A stretch of 64,000 bases of DNA from a virus. The notes beneath the pieces are model-generated. The model ran no database searches. It saw nothing but the letters and a program-made list of their open reading frames with translations, and had not been told where the DNA came from. Positions 8,810 to 18,580 of the stretch are shown here, piece by piece; within the stretch, counting starts at the first letter, position 1; each line of letters starts with the position of its first letter. Position numbers and translations under genes: made by a program. The stretch lies in the IMG/VR virus record IMGVR_UViG_3300035703_000053, positions 19,754 through 83,753 of that record; one strand, given 5' to 3'.

Positions 8810-10324
8810 TTAATTTGCTGGGTACTCACCTGCACTCGGATTGTAAAAAGCGCCGGTCTTATCCTGCATTCTAAAATTCTCTAATCTAATAAAAGAAGCT
8901 GGAACGTTCAATAGTTTTTGCATCATTGGAAGCATTACTGGTGATTGAAAATTCTTTGGTGGCACATCCATTAAGGCCATGCCTCTTACAGCTTGCATGT
9001 CATTTATGTGTTTATTTGTCACTGACATTTCATACACTAACCTTTGTTCCCATTCCGTAATACTTTCTTCTGTTGCAAAGGGTAGATCAGATGGCTCTGG
9101 CGGTAGAATACCTTCTTCAAAGCGAAGAGCGTAAATATGTTTGCAATAACGCATTTCATCTAATAACGGTGACCAGTAATCCGTATACGACGTTATTTGA
9201 TTATTTTTTGCCGTGTAGTCCACAAATGTGGTAGGACCTTCCGCTCTGCGTGCTGCACTAAAGTTGCGAAGATAACGTCCACCAAAGTCATTGTATACAC
9301 CAGGGTTATCAATAGATTGCGTTGCAAGTGCTAAGTCTCTGTTTTGATTGGCATCCGTCATGGCGCTGTTGTTAACAGAACCAGTATTAGGGTCCGTTAA
9401 TACTTCAGACCGTCCGTATTTTAAAAGTGCTGGTCTTGTAAAAGGAAAGCGTTTTTTCTCACTGCCTTCTAGATTCATCATAAAACTATAACTACGACGG
9501 CTAAAATCCTGGCATGTGCATGCATAACGTGTGCCTACTGTAAAAAACCTCCCAACCGAAAAAGTTTTAGTAGCGGGAGTTAAATAAAGATTGTCCGGAC
9601 TAGCTTCAAACGAACTGCTTTTTTGAAGTTTTAGAATCCCATTAGGACCATCAACATCAATTAAAATTGCCTGAACGTATCCATATCTTTTTGATGTGGA
9701 GGGGTCTAGCGTGTCTTTGGTGATAGGTGACCCACCAACAGCAAGAATTCGATCTTCTAAGATTTCACCCAGCAACGGCTTAATAGGGTCGCCGGATGGG
9801 TTTGGAACGTACAAAGGAGGGGGTAGTGGATTTGTTGTACTCCAGCTACCAGCTAATTGTACATACCAAAATTCATCATCTTCTGTAATTGATGCAATTG
9901 TTGCAGGGGTACCTATTGAATCCCTGACGTTATCAAAACGCAAAATAGATCCAATACGACAACCTACCCAGTGAACTCCAAATTCTTTTCCTGCTGTAAA
10001 AAATCCTTGTACAACACCAAGAATTAAAGGTTGTCGGCCTTCAGCAGGCGGGGTCCCGTCTGGGCTGGGTATCTGATATTCAAACGGATATGTCAATGCA
10101 TGCTGAATACCAACAGCAGTTGAAATCTCGTACCCACGGCGCCATCTGCTCCAGGCTGATTCCCGGTCCATGCGTACAATAGAGTTTGGAACGGAGCCCT
10201 TTGAAAACTCTGTTGTAATAGGCTTTATTTTATCAATGTCAGGTATGTCTTGCGCACCAAAGGTGCCAAAAGCTGTTCCTTTGTTTTTAAACGCACCAAA
10301 GGAATTACCCCCTTTGATTGCCAT
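8810..10324 (-). CDS. putative virion-module protein with split SWIM-like Zn motif
   Basis: 504 aa; YACTCQDF ... YCKHIYAL. Confidence 0.65.
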   Translation of the reverse strand: MAIKGGNSFGAFKNKGTAFGTFGAQDIPDIDKIKPITTEFSKGSVPNSIVRMDRESAWSRWRRGYEISTAVGIQHALTYPFEYQIPSPDGTPPAEGRQPLILGVVQGFFTAGKEFGVHWVGCRIGSILRFDNVRDSIGTPATIASITEDDEFWYVQLAGSWSTTNPLPPPLYVPNPSGDPIKPLLGEILEDRILAVGGSPITKDTLDPSTSKRYGYVQAILIDVDGPNGILKLQKSSSFEASPDNLYLTPATKTFSVGRFFTVGTRYACTCQDFSRRSYSFMMNLEGSEKKRFPFTRPALLKYGRSEVLTDPNTGSVNNSAMTDANQNRDLALATQSIDNPGVYNDFGGRYLRNFSAARRAEGPTTFVDYTAKNNQITSYTDYWSPLLDEMRYCKHIYALRFEEGILPPEPSDLPFATEESITEWEQRLVYEMSVTNKHINDMQAVRGMALMDVPPKNFQSPVMLPMMQKLLNVPASFIRLENFRMQDKTGAFYNPSAGEYPAN

Positions 10325-10327
10325 TAT

Positions 10328-11113
10328 TTAGAAGAAACCACCTTGTGCAATTACGTGAGCACCAGGAATGTAACCAGAACTGTTAGGACCGTCTGGAAAT
10401 ACGCCCACATAGACACGATCACCCCGCTCTAGATAAATACCCTTGTTGCGGAGGGGAGATGTTTCACCTAAGCCATTGGTATTACCTGCATGCATGACGG
10501 GCGCAGCAAGTTGCGGCATCACGTCTGAGCAATCAACTGTTTGTGTGTTGGCCGGTACCGTCTTGGCAAACAGTAGGCGATAATCCCCAGAAGCAGGAAT
10601 GGGTGTGGTCGTGCCGCGAGTGTGATAAAACACAAACGTTACTGCAGGTTGATTACCGTAAGCAACGCCGTTATACAGAAAACCAGAAGCAATACCACCG
10701 GAATAGTTAAGTGCTGTATTTACACCGGTGAGAGTACCCGAGCCTGTATAGGTGTAATAACCATAGCCACTGAACGGAGCGCCACCGCCAGTCAACACGC
10801 CGGTTTGTTGAACAAACACTACTTGTCCGCTGACTAATGAGATGGGAGTACCTGAAGTACCTGAGGCCACTGTGTAGTCTGTCGCACGATAAAAATCATT
10901 GCGTGTGATAGTGATTGAATCAACTACACCACCAGAATTATTGTCTTCGCTTAAGTTTGCATCCATGTCCACCAGTATGGACGGCGCCTGCCCACCTTGC
11001 ACAAACAAGGTATTAGTAGCGGCGGCACCTACGGTTTGAGTGGTAACACGAACCGTATCAAGTAATGGCCGATCAGAAAATACGGGGGACTTGTTGGTTC
11101 CAGTAGAGCTCAA
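10328..11113 (-). CDS. putative tail/structural protein
   Basis: G/T/S/V-rich, beta-type composition; position in structural arm. Confidence 0.6.
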   Translation of the reverse strand: MSSTGTNKSPVFSDRPLLDTVRVTTQTVGAAATNTLFVQGGQAPSILVDMDANLSEDNNSGGVVDSITITRNDFYRATDYTVASGTSGTPISLVSGQVVFVQQTGVLTGGGAPFSGYGYYTYTGSGTLTGVNTALNYSGGIASGFLYNGVAYGNQPAVTFVFYHTRGTTTPIPASGDYRLLFAKTVPANTQTVDCSDVMPQLAAPVMHAGNTNGLGETSPLRNKGIYLERGDRVYVGVFPDGPNSSGYIPGAHVIAQGGFF

Positions 11114-11146
11114 AATTCTTACCCAATCTTTTTGTCAATTATAGCG

Positions 11147-11467
11147 TCAGGAATCAAGCCCAGGAGCTACTGCCAAAGCCTGAGTAAATCCTGCGGGCAA
11201 CCTTAACTTGCCCTCAATAAGACTTTGCGGGTTTCTTTGGATGTTTAAAAACCGTTCAAACAAAGTAGATGGATCAGCACTTTTGGATTCAAAAGCGCTT
11301 TTCTTGTCAAAGATAGCCCCTATCAACGTTGGACTTTTTCTTCCAAGTAAACCGGATGCGGCTCCTGTTGAAACAAAAGGATTGGATCTTGATCCAGTGC
11401 TGTATTCCAGCCACTCACTTGGAAGTGAGGATTCAAGGTAAGACCGTCGTTGAGAGGGGCGTATCAT
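11147..11467 (-). CDS. hypothetical protein
   Basis: TAATG coupling to upstream gene. Confidence 0.5.
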   Translation of the reverse strand: MIRPSQRRSYLESSLPSEWLEYSTGSRSNPFVSTGAASGLLGRKSPTLIGAIFDKKSAFESKSADPSTLFERFLNIQRNPQSLIEGKLRLPAGFTQALAVAPGLDS

Positions 11468-12183
11468 TAAGAGAACAGCTCCATGTAATCAGACAAGTAC
11501 TGCTGGGGCATAGGCAGCGCTGTACTGATCGCACCAAGATTTAAATCTTGTGGATCAAAAGCACTCCGCTGTCGCAATACAGCCGGAACCATGTTTTTCA
11601 GAATGTCCTGAAGGAAATTGCCACCTAGAATATTGCCCTTTTGGCGTGAGCTTGCAGGAGCTTGTGCCGCATTTGAATTAGGGGAACCAGCTTGATTTAG
11701 AAGCTGTAACCCTTTTTGATATTTTTGTGGGTCCAGGGGATCAAAGTAGAAGTTACTTTGACCAGGGACTGGCATATAGTCGCCTGGCTTGCGTGCGCCA
11801 TAAGCGCTGGTGCCCCTAAAGGACTGTGCACCCCTAGACTTGCGAAACTGCTCACCAACAAATTGAGGATTGTTGACAATGTTGCGCAGTCGATTGAATT
11901 CACTTTCACCGCCTAAGACCTTTGCGCCAAATGCCGGATCGGCAAGTTGTTGCATGTTATAGCCTTTAACGGCTTCATACTGACCTGGTGCTGTGGCAAT
12001 GTTTCTTACATCAATTCCGCCCCAGTTTCCTTTCAGACGCCTGGAAAGAACGTTTGCGGCAACGGCGGCAACATCAGGAGAGTTCTGCCCGCCGCGAAAA
12101 CCTTCAAGGCCAGATAGGACGGTCAGAGCATTAAGCTCTTCTGGTTTAAGGTTAAAAAGCTCTTGAACAGTTCTTGGTGCCAT
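11467..12183 (-). CDS. SleB/CwlJ-like (Hydrolase_2) cell wall hydrolase, probably virion-associated
   Basis: LTVLSGLEG...VAAVAANVLSRR...IATAPGQYE pattern. Confidence 0.55.
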   Translation of the reverse strand: MAPRTVQELFNLKPEELNALTVLSGLEGFRGGQNSPDVAAVAANVLSRRLKGNWGGIDVRNIATAPGQYEAVKGYNMQQLADPAFGAKVLGGESEFNRLRNIVNNPQFVGEQFRKSRGAQSFRGTSAYGARKPGDYMPVPGQSNFYFDPLDPQKYQKGLQLLNQAGSPNSNAAQAPASSRQKGNILGGNFLQDILKNMVPAVLRQRSAFDPQDLNLGAISTALPMPQQYLSDYMELFS

Positions 12184-12185
12184 GG

Positions 12186-13106
12186 CTACATTTGTTTCAG
12201 TCGCAACATCTCGCGGTAAGCAAGTCCTGGGTTGGCTTTCACCCACTGCTGGAAGTTCTCGGGCGCCATGCCCGTCCCTGCACCCAGAGCTTGGAGCTCG
12301 CTCGCTAGGTTTCCTTTCTGCATCATACTCCTACCCAATTGCTGCTGGCCCTCATAGAAGGAAGAAAGAGGGACATTTGTAGGAGCAGAGTACTGCTGAG
12401 CAGCATTAAGTACTTCCTGAGAGAGTGTGCGGTTAAGAACATTTTCACGTTGTGCGGGAACACCGGCCCCGTTAGACAAAACTCCAGTTCCAATTGGTGA
12501 AGGAGGTGGAGGTGTCTGTTGTCCGGCTTGCGGCCCGCTAAAAAGACTTGAATTCAAGTCAGGGGCCGAAGGGGCTGGTCCAGGGGGAGCAGCACCCTCA
12601 AGATTGTATTGATAACGGTACTGCGTTGGTCCGTACCTGCCCCATTGCCCTGACCTGCCTGCAGCTTCTGAAACTTTTTGAGCACGACCTGCAGATGCTC
12701 GTTGTGGAGTATCTCCTTCAATCTGTCCCACTAAAAACATTGCTCCAGCCAAGCCTGTTGGTACTCCAGCAAGGCCGGCAACATTAGAAACAACTGGGTT
12801 GCGTAATCCAGGTACAGAAGAAAATACACTGGAAGGCTTGAATAAAGGTGCAGCTGCTGCTGGAACTCCACTGAGATTTCTTAAAACACCACGAGAGGTG
12901 TCAAGTATTGCACCAGGGATATTTCCTGCTTGACGAGTTAAATACTGCGCTTTTCCCTGCAGTAAACGCATAGGATCATCAAAAGGAACCGGTGGGGAGT
13001 TGGGGCCAGGGCGTAAACGACCTCCCAGAAAAACACGGGGAATGGGTGCTGCCGCTCCTTTTGATTGATTGAGTAGTTTTAAAAATGCTTTTAGCATTAT
13101 CGCCAC
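12186..13106 (-). CDS. Pro/Gly/Ala-rich putative virion protein
   Basis: About 300 aa ORF in structural arm. Confidence 0.55.
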   Translation of the reverse strand: MAIMLKAFLKLLNQSKGAAAPIPRVFLGGRLRPGPNSPPVPFDDPMRLLQGKAQYLTRQAGNIPGAILDTSRGVLRNLSGVPAAAAPLFKPSSVFSSVPGLRNPVVSNVAGLAGVPTGLAGAMFLVGQIEGDTPQRASAGRAQKVSEAAGRSGQWGRYGPTQYRYQYNLEGAAPPGPAPSAPDLNSSLFSGPQAGQQTPPPPSPIGTGVLSNGAGVPAQRENVLNRTLSQEVLNAAQQYSAPTNVPLSSFYEGQQQLGRSMMQKGNLASELQALGAGTGMAPENFQQWVKANPGLAYREMLRLKQM

Positions 13107-13561
13107 ACCTCACGTAAGTACAGCCGAGAGCCGATTGCTGTATCTGCTGGACCCGGCAGTGCCTGAATAAATTCAGCACCAGAACGTTCGTAACGATAAC
13201 GTGCCTGGAAAGGATCTTTGTAATTAGGTACGTAAAGAATACCAGCTAAACGATTTGTTTCGTATAGATAAATTTCGTCCCAAACTTTAAGGGCCTCTTT
13301 AGCATTGCTGGAGCGAATTGTACGATCAACGTCACCAGCAATACTTTCAAGACGCGTGGAGGGCGATGTAGCAACTTCCGTTTTCTTTTCGGCTGTGTCG
13401 CAACGACCAAGTTGAATTGAAATCTTATCGTAAAAATAAGAATCCGGCACTGTATTCATAGCCTCTTCCAGCCTGGCGTAATCACCAGCTGGTACAGAGA
13501 CAACAAAGTAACCCAGGTGATACCTTACTCTGCTTTTATCGTAATCGCTGAGCTGCATCAA
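13097..13561 (-). CDS. putative head completion / head-tail connector protein
   Basis: MQLSDYDKSRVRYHLGY start; position downstream of capsid genes. Confidence 0.5.
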   Translation of the reverse strand: MMQLSDYDKSRVRYHLGYFVVSVPAGDYARLEEAMNTVPDSYFYDKISIQLGRCDTAEKKTEVATSPSTRLESIAGDVDRTIRSSNAKEALKVWDEIYLYETNRLAGILYVPNYKDPFQARYRYERSGAEFIQALPGPADTAIGSRLYLREVWR

Positions 13562-13595
13562 TACCTCCGCGTTTTTTCATTATAAAGCCGTGTAA

Positions 13596-14336
13596 TCACA
13601 TAAACTCATCTAACATTTCAGGCCTCAAAATATATTGGGAATACGGGTCACTTGTCCCAGCAAGAATAGAAGTTGGAATAAAACTATTCTTCTTGGCTAA
13701 AGCTTGTTGCAACAGGCTACCAACTAACGACTGAGCAAGGGTCTCTTTATTATCTTCTTTTGTGTTTGTTCCGAATAAGGATTGAAGCATAGTTAATGTG
13801 CGTGCATCATTTACACTTTGCTGTGGGTCACCAGGTAACACAGGGGCTGCGGGAACAGTGGTATCTCCTACCCTTGCTGTACCAGGGGCATTCTTTAGGT
13901 GAAAGACATCAACTTGGTAGCGGTTATCACCTGTGCGCAGCCTAGCTACATTACCCGCATTCCCGTAGTTTGAGAGACCCTCAACCGAGCCTGAGCCAAG
14001 AAAACGTAAATCAGTTCCTTCGGGAAGACTGTAATCTTCTCCTGCATGATAAGCCTGCCTTCCAGTAACAGGATGGGTGCGGTCTCCAACGGGACTCGTC
14101 AAAGGAGCATTTGGATTGGCCGCAAACTGGCCAGGTCCGGTCTGTCTGTATAGCTGCTGCCATTCTTGAGAACCTGGCAAACGAAATTGAATACGCTGAC
14201 CAACATCAGTGCGTGCTTGTGATAATGGAATTAACTTATTTGTTTTTATATCTCTAATTTCAAAATGCGCATGAGGACCAGTAACGCGACCGGTTCTGCC
14301 TACTTGATTTAAATATATTGCGGGACCAATTGACAT
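13596..14336 (-). CDS. M23-family peptidase-like protein (permuted motif order)
   Basis: VGRTGRVTGPHAHFE at N-terminus; LTSPVG.R.HPVTG...HAGEDY and GN...HL later. Confidence 0.7.
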   Translation of the reverse strand: MSIGPAIYLNQVGRTGRVTGPHAHFEIRDIKTNKLIPLSQARTDVGQRIQFRLPGSQEWQQLYRQTGPGQFAANPNAPLTSPVGDRTHPVTGRQAYHAGEDYSLPEGTDLRFLGSGSVEGLSNYGNAGNVARLRTGDNRYQVDVFHLKNAPGTARVGDTTVPAAPVLPGDPQQSVNDARTLTMLQSLFGTNTKEDNKETLAQSLVGSLLQQALAKKNSFIPTSILAGTSDPYSQYILRPEMLDEFM

Positions 14337-14362
14337 CTGACTTTTCTTTTTATTTTAAAACT

Positions 14363-14385
14363 AAAAAACCCCTGAGATCCAGGGG
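14363..14385 (-). terminator. intrinsic terminator ending the capsid transcription unit
   Basis: Minus strand CCCCTG-GATCT-CAGGGG-TTTTTT. Confidence 0.75.
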
Positions 14386-14399
14386 CGTTAGGAGATGGT

Positions 14400-14810
14400 T
14401 TAGACGCGGATTAGATCAGCGGCAAACACTGCATCCCAGTCAATTTTTTTGATTTGCTTGAGCTGCTCAAGATTATTAAACCTTTCACCCGATAAGGACA
14501 TTTGAAGGTCTTTAATATCTCGGGCTGTTTTCAAACCAATCCCCTTGATATGGTCTGCGATCATTTGGGCCGTGGCCGTATTGACGTTTAGGCGGTTATC
14601 AGGGGGAAACGAACGGGGCGTCTCTTTTGCTGCTTTGTCTTTTACTTGAAGAGTTTTAACTTTTTTAGTTGCCTCTTCATCGGGCTCAAGCTCACTTTTG
14701 TAAGCAGTGAAAATGCGATTGTCCTGGTCTTCAACCATGAACCATTCGCCGTTGTCAAACTCACTTACAATCCTGACACGAGCACCGTTCTTCTTGTGTT
14801 TGTAAAGCAT
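14400..14810 (-). CDS. helix-hairpin-helix (ComEA-like) domain protein
   Basis: RLNVNTATA...IKGIGLKTA.DI...F.NLEQL.QI..I. Confidence 0.75.
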   Translation of the reverse strand: MLYKHKKNGARVRIVSEFDNGEWFMVEDQDNRIFTAYKSELEPDEEATKKVKTLQVKDKAAKETPRSFPPDNRLNVNTATAQMIADHIKGIGLKTARDIKDLQMSLSGERFNNLEQLKQIKKIDWDAVFAADLIRV

Positions 14811-14850
14811 AAGGACCAGGGATTAAATCTCTGGTCCTAGTTTACCCTAA

Positions 14851-15654
14851 TCAGCTAACAGTGCGACCAGTCAGGTAGCCGTCAATGTCTTCGTAACCAG
14901 GAGCTTCATCGGGCTGGATGTAGCATACTTCCACAACCAGGTAACCAGTACGGCCAGCAGAGGCATCGCCACTGGAGATGTAGAAACCACCAGAAGTCGT
15001 GGTGCTGTTAGCAGTTTCCTTCGCAAACACCTTCAGGGTGGTAGCAGCGGTGGCAGCGTAGTTAACCACGGCACCAGACACACCTGCAGCACCGGTAGCA
15101 GTCAGGAAGGGGTTAGCGCTATAGCCTGCGGTGCCAGCGGCGAAGAAGATTTCGCCTGCCTGGGTACCAGAGGTGGTAGAAGTAATGTTGGCCTGAATCA
15201 CGGCCTCACCCACGCCAGAAGCGGCGGTGGGGTTGTTGGAGCTAACACGACCGAACGAAATAACATTACCGGTAGCGGCATACACACCAGAGGCCACGCG
15301 ACCATCGCCCCAGCCAGAGGCCACGGAAATAGTGGAGCGGTACACGTAAGCAGGCAGGGTGGAGCTACCAGAAATCACCATGCCGGTGATATCGGGGCGA
15401 GTGTCGTCCTGGCGATAAGGCGAAGGAACGATCACATTGGCAGAAGAAACTGCACCAACGCCAGAGGTGGCGGTTACAGGGACGTAACCACGCTGCTGGA
15501 AATAACGATAACCAGGGATGGCCAACACCGAAGTGGGGCCTCCCTTAGAACCGTCATCAGTACCGTCTTGGGTGTTATCGATGTTCTTATACCAGCCGTT
15601 CAGGGGCTCAGCCCAGTTGCCGGGATAAATTTTCTTGGCGGACAAATAAGTCAT
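14851..15654 (-). CDS. putative capsid decoration / abundant structural protein
   Basis: Directly after MCP; A/G/S/T-rich. Confidence 0.6.
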   Translation of the reverse strand: MTYLSAKKIYPGNWAEPLNGWYKNIDNTQDGTDDGSKGGPTSVLAIPGYRYFQQRGYVPVTATSGVGAVSSANVIVPSPYRQDDTRPDITGMVISGSSTLPAYVYRSTISVASGWGDGRVASGVYAATGNVISFGRVSSNNPTAASGVGEAVIQANITSTTSGTQAGEIFFAAGTAGYSANPFLTATGAAGVSGAVVNYAATAATTLKVFAKETANSTTTSGGFYISSGDASAGRTGYLVVEVCYIQPDEAPGYEDIDGYLTGRTVS

Positions 15655-15689
15655 TTATTTTTTCCTGTGTTTTAGTTATTGTTTAATGA

Positions 15690-17846
15690 TCAAACAGCAC
15701 CGTCGTCTTGGATAAAGCTGAACGCGGTGGTCACGAAGTCCTTGTTCAGGATTTCAAAACCAGCGTACAGTTGCCAAATCAGGATGATAAAGCGGCTGAA
15801 GTCATCGTTGTTGTTGATAAGCACCTGAGCGTTCGGGCCACCAATACCCACGCCAATGGCCTGAGGACCAAAGAAGTAACCCTGGGCGACTTCCTTGGAA
15901 GCATAGCTGGAGCCACCATCAAAAGAGGCACTCACACTCTTGATCGGGAAGTTGGTTGACTCGAAGAACTTGACGCCTTCAAACTGAACGCCAGTCGGCA
16001 TCACAGGCTCACCAGCCACAAAATAGGCTTGGCCAGCCTGGGGACCCATGTAGAAGCTGGAGTTGTTAGGCATCATGGGGTTACCCATGTACATGCCTTG
16101 ACCAGGGTTGCCAGCGTAACGGGCAATCTCACGGAAGTCCTGATCACGACGCAGATGCATCATGAAGGTAGGATCGCAGATGCAGCGATACAGACCATCA
16201 GCGTAGGTCGGAACGTTACGCTTACGGAGATCCTTAACAATGGTCAGCAGGTCGGTACGCACCTGGAACTGCTGAACCTCATTTCCGTACTCAGTGGAAG
16301 TGTAAGAAACACGACCGGAAGAATCCTTAGTCTTTCCACCAGCGAAGTAGTAGCCGCCTTGGGTAGTCGAGGCAGCACCGTTAGCTTCAGCTTTGGACAG
16401 TTCGTCAATGAAGACGCGGTCGCGCCAACGACGATAGTCGTCCAGCAGCGTCAGACTACCGATCGACTGGTGGAACATATTAAGGTTGCCGGTATCCAGC
16501 AGCAAACGCTGGGCGGTGACCAGGGTCTCACGAGCAATCTTGAAGGTCGAGGGCTGGGTCGGATCGCCCGGATCAGCAGGGCCGGTGTCAGTTTTGTTAC
16601 CCCAAGGGCTCTTTATCCCTTGGTTCTACAGCTTTACCATTGCTGCAGCTCAGACTATATCATCACCCTTCAATTAACTATTGAGTTGGGTGCGGGGCAC
16701 TCGTGTCGCCTTATCGTCCATTTCAGGTATCTGAAGTTTGGACTCGCTTAACCATTCAGAAACAGTTCCTGTTCGGTTAAGGTCGGCTTTGTATCCTAAG
16801 CAAGGAAGAATGTAAGGTTGTATTTTCTCAATTAAGTTTTTGCACTGTTGAGAATGCCACCTTAGATAATAACTTCCCGACACATGACGAACTTTTGTAT
16901 ATTTTGAGCCTGTTAAAGACTGAATCCAATCACCAACATTGTTGGTTTTTTCTTCATCTTCACAGACCGCAAGCCATGCTGACTTTTCAATTCTTATAGC
17001 CCCCGTTGGCCTGGTACGTTTTCGAACCTCAAGAGATCCGTCGTCCATCCAAAATAGAGCAAGTTCTTGAAGTCCAAGACCATCGAGAACTTTGGGTGAA
17101 ATGATCTTCTTGCCTATCGGATAAAGAAGTTCATACACTGGGGTCAGTATTTTCTTGTTTGTAACACCAAAACGAGCTGCCGGATATTTGCCTTTGTCAA
17201 CAAAGCATTTAATACTTGCTTTGGTTCCAAGAATTGCATTTAGCTTTTCCAGTTGCCAAACAGCATAGGCAAGGTGTTGCTGCTTCCTTTGAATATGTAG
17301 CGTTACGGATCCAGATCTTTTACATCTAGACAAACACCCATCACCAAGGGAGCATCCAATCAAGAATCTTTGGCTTTCAAGGTTCGTCATGGGGCCGACA
17401 ACGTTAGTCGTTGAACCTTCCATTTATTACTAAATGGCTTGGCTGCTGATTACCCTACCAGTATAGCTCTTTAGAGTACTGGCTGGGGGGCTTCCAGCAA
17501 TTCACCCCGTTTTCGACGCAGATTACGCTGCGAAGGAGCTTACCGGAGTACCAGCAAAAGCACTGGTAATGACGGATGTCAACTCTTTAAGCACAACAAG
17601 CACCTTTTCTTTGGTGATGTTGCGGCTGTTGGCGGTACCAATCGTTTGGTCAGCCACACGCTCGCGGCTGTCCTTCGTACCAGGGGTACCCCAGAACTTA
17701 TAGCGGTCCAGCTGAACGGTTTGACCAGGCTGGCGGGTAAAGTCGTGGACCACCACGGGCTCTACCGCCATCTCGGCAATGTAAGCAGGGTGGGGACGGT
17801 AAAGTTCCGCACCAAGAATCTTTGGAAAGTCGGTATCAAGAAACAC
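15690..17846 (-). CDS. major capsid protein, spliced: exon 1 17846..17582 and exon 2 16588..15690 (387 aa)
   Basis: Joining GAG-T|AC-ACC-GGC restores VLKE-Y-TGPADP; 265+899=1164 nt in frame; GGAGG RBS; follows portal and scaffold. Confidence 0.88.
16589..17581 (-). mobile_element. group I intron (993 nt) in MCP
   Basis: Core motifs GAATTGCTGGAA, AATCAGCAGCCAAG, GTTCAACGACTA, GATATAGTCTG; exon ends in U, intron ends in G; guide GCTCCTT pairs with exon AAAGAGT. Confidence 0.92.
16674..17423 (-). CDS. intron-encoded LAGLIDADG homing endonuclease
   Basis: FLIGCSLGDGCL and LALFWMDDGS motifs; alternative start ATG 17390. Confidence 0.9.
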   Translation of the reverse strand: MEGSTTNVVGPMTNLESQRFLIGCSLGDGCLSRCKRSGSVTLHIQRKQQHLAYAVWQLEKLNAILGTKASIKCFVDKGKYPAARFGVTNKKILTPVYELLYPIGKKIISPKVLDGLGLQELALFWMDDGSLEVRKRTRPTGAIRIEKSAWLAVCEDEEKTNNVGDWIQSLTGSKYTKVRHVSGSYYLRWHSQQCKNLIEKIQPYILPCLGYKADLNRTGTVSEWLSESKLQIPEMDDKATRVPRTQLNS

Positions 17847-17946
17847 TTTGGTTTATCCTCCAGTGTTTGAACAATTATCGGGTGAAAGATTCGACATGTC
17901 AAATGTCTTATCTAACACAAATTTTAGCAGTTGGTAATTTATTTAA

Positions 17947-18576
17947 TTACATATACTGCATGGTGGGCGGCTTAACACGCGCACCAGGGGAATTACTAGA
18001 GCCGTAAGATTCGGGATCTGTGATTTGTTGCTGTTGGAAACCAGGGACACCCATAGCTCCGGGGATGGCGCCAGCAGCAACACCACCTAGTCCGGCTAGA
18101 CCAGCAGCAGCCGGAACTGCAAGTCCTGCAAGGCCGTATTTAAGACCTTGTCCAACCGCTTTTGCACCGGGAGCTTCTAGACCTTGAATAGCTCCTGCAA
18201 GACCACCTAACGCAGCTGCACGTTTGCTTTCACCAGCCATTTGTGCACGAAGCTTATTAATGGCTTGTGCTTTAGCCGTTACCTCTGGAGTAGGCACCAC
18301 GCCTGTATGCTCCATTTGTAGTGGCGGGTATATATTTTGCGATGCCGAGGTTAACGCATTTACCACAGACTTTTGGCCTGTTTGTAATGCAGATGCTACA
18401 GGCTCCGCATACTTGCCAGCTAACTGGCGAGCCCCAACCAAACCTGCTGCTGCACCAGCGCCACCGGCAAGACCAGCAAGAAGTGCAGTACCTGGATCTT
18501 CGCCTTGGGAAGCAGCGTACCCTGCAGTAGCTAAACCACCAACAATGGGTACGCCGTATTTAAGAAGAGGGCGCAT
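17947..18576 (-). CDS. Gly/Ala-rich hydrophobic protein
   Basis: Glycine-zipper-like segments; lies between scaffold and MCP. Confidence 0.65.
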   Translation of the reverse strand: MRPLLKYGVPIVGGLATAGYAASQGEDPGTALLAGLAGGAGAAAGLVGARQLAGKYAEPVASALQTGQKSVVNALTSASQNIYPPLQMEHTGVVPTPEVTAKAQAINKLRAQMAGESKRAAALGGLAGAIQGLEAPGAKAVGQGLKYGLAGLAVPAAAGLAGLGGVAAGAIPGAMGVPGFQQQQITDPESYGSSNSPGARVKPPTMQYM

Positions 18577-18580
18577 GACC

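Noticed and set aside
17523-17846. Stand-alone 107-aa protein
   Set aside because: It is MCP exon 1 reading into the intron.
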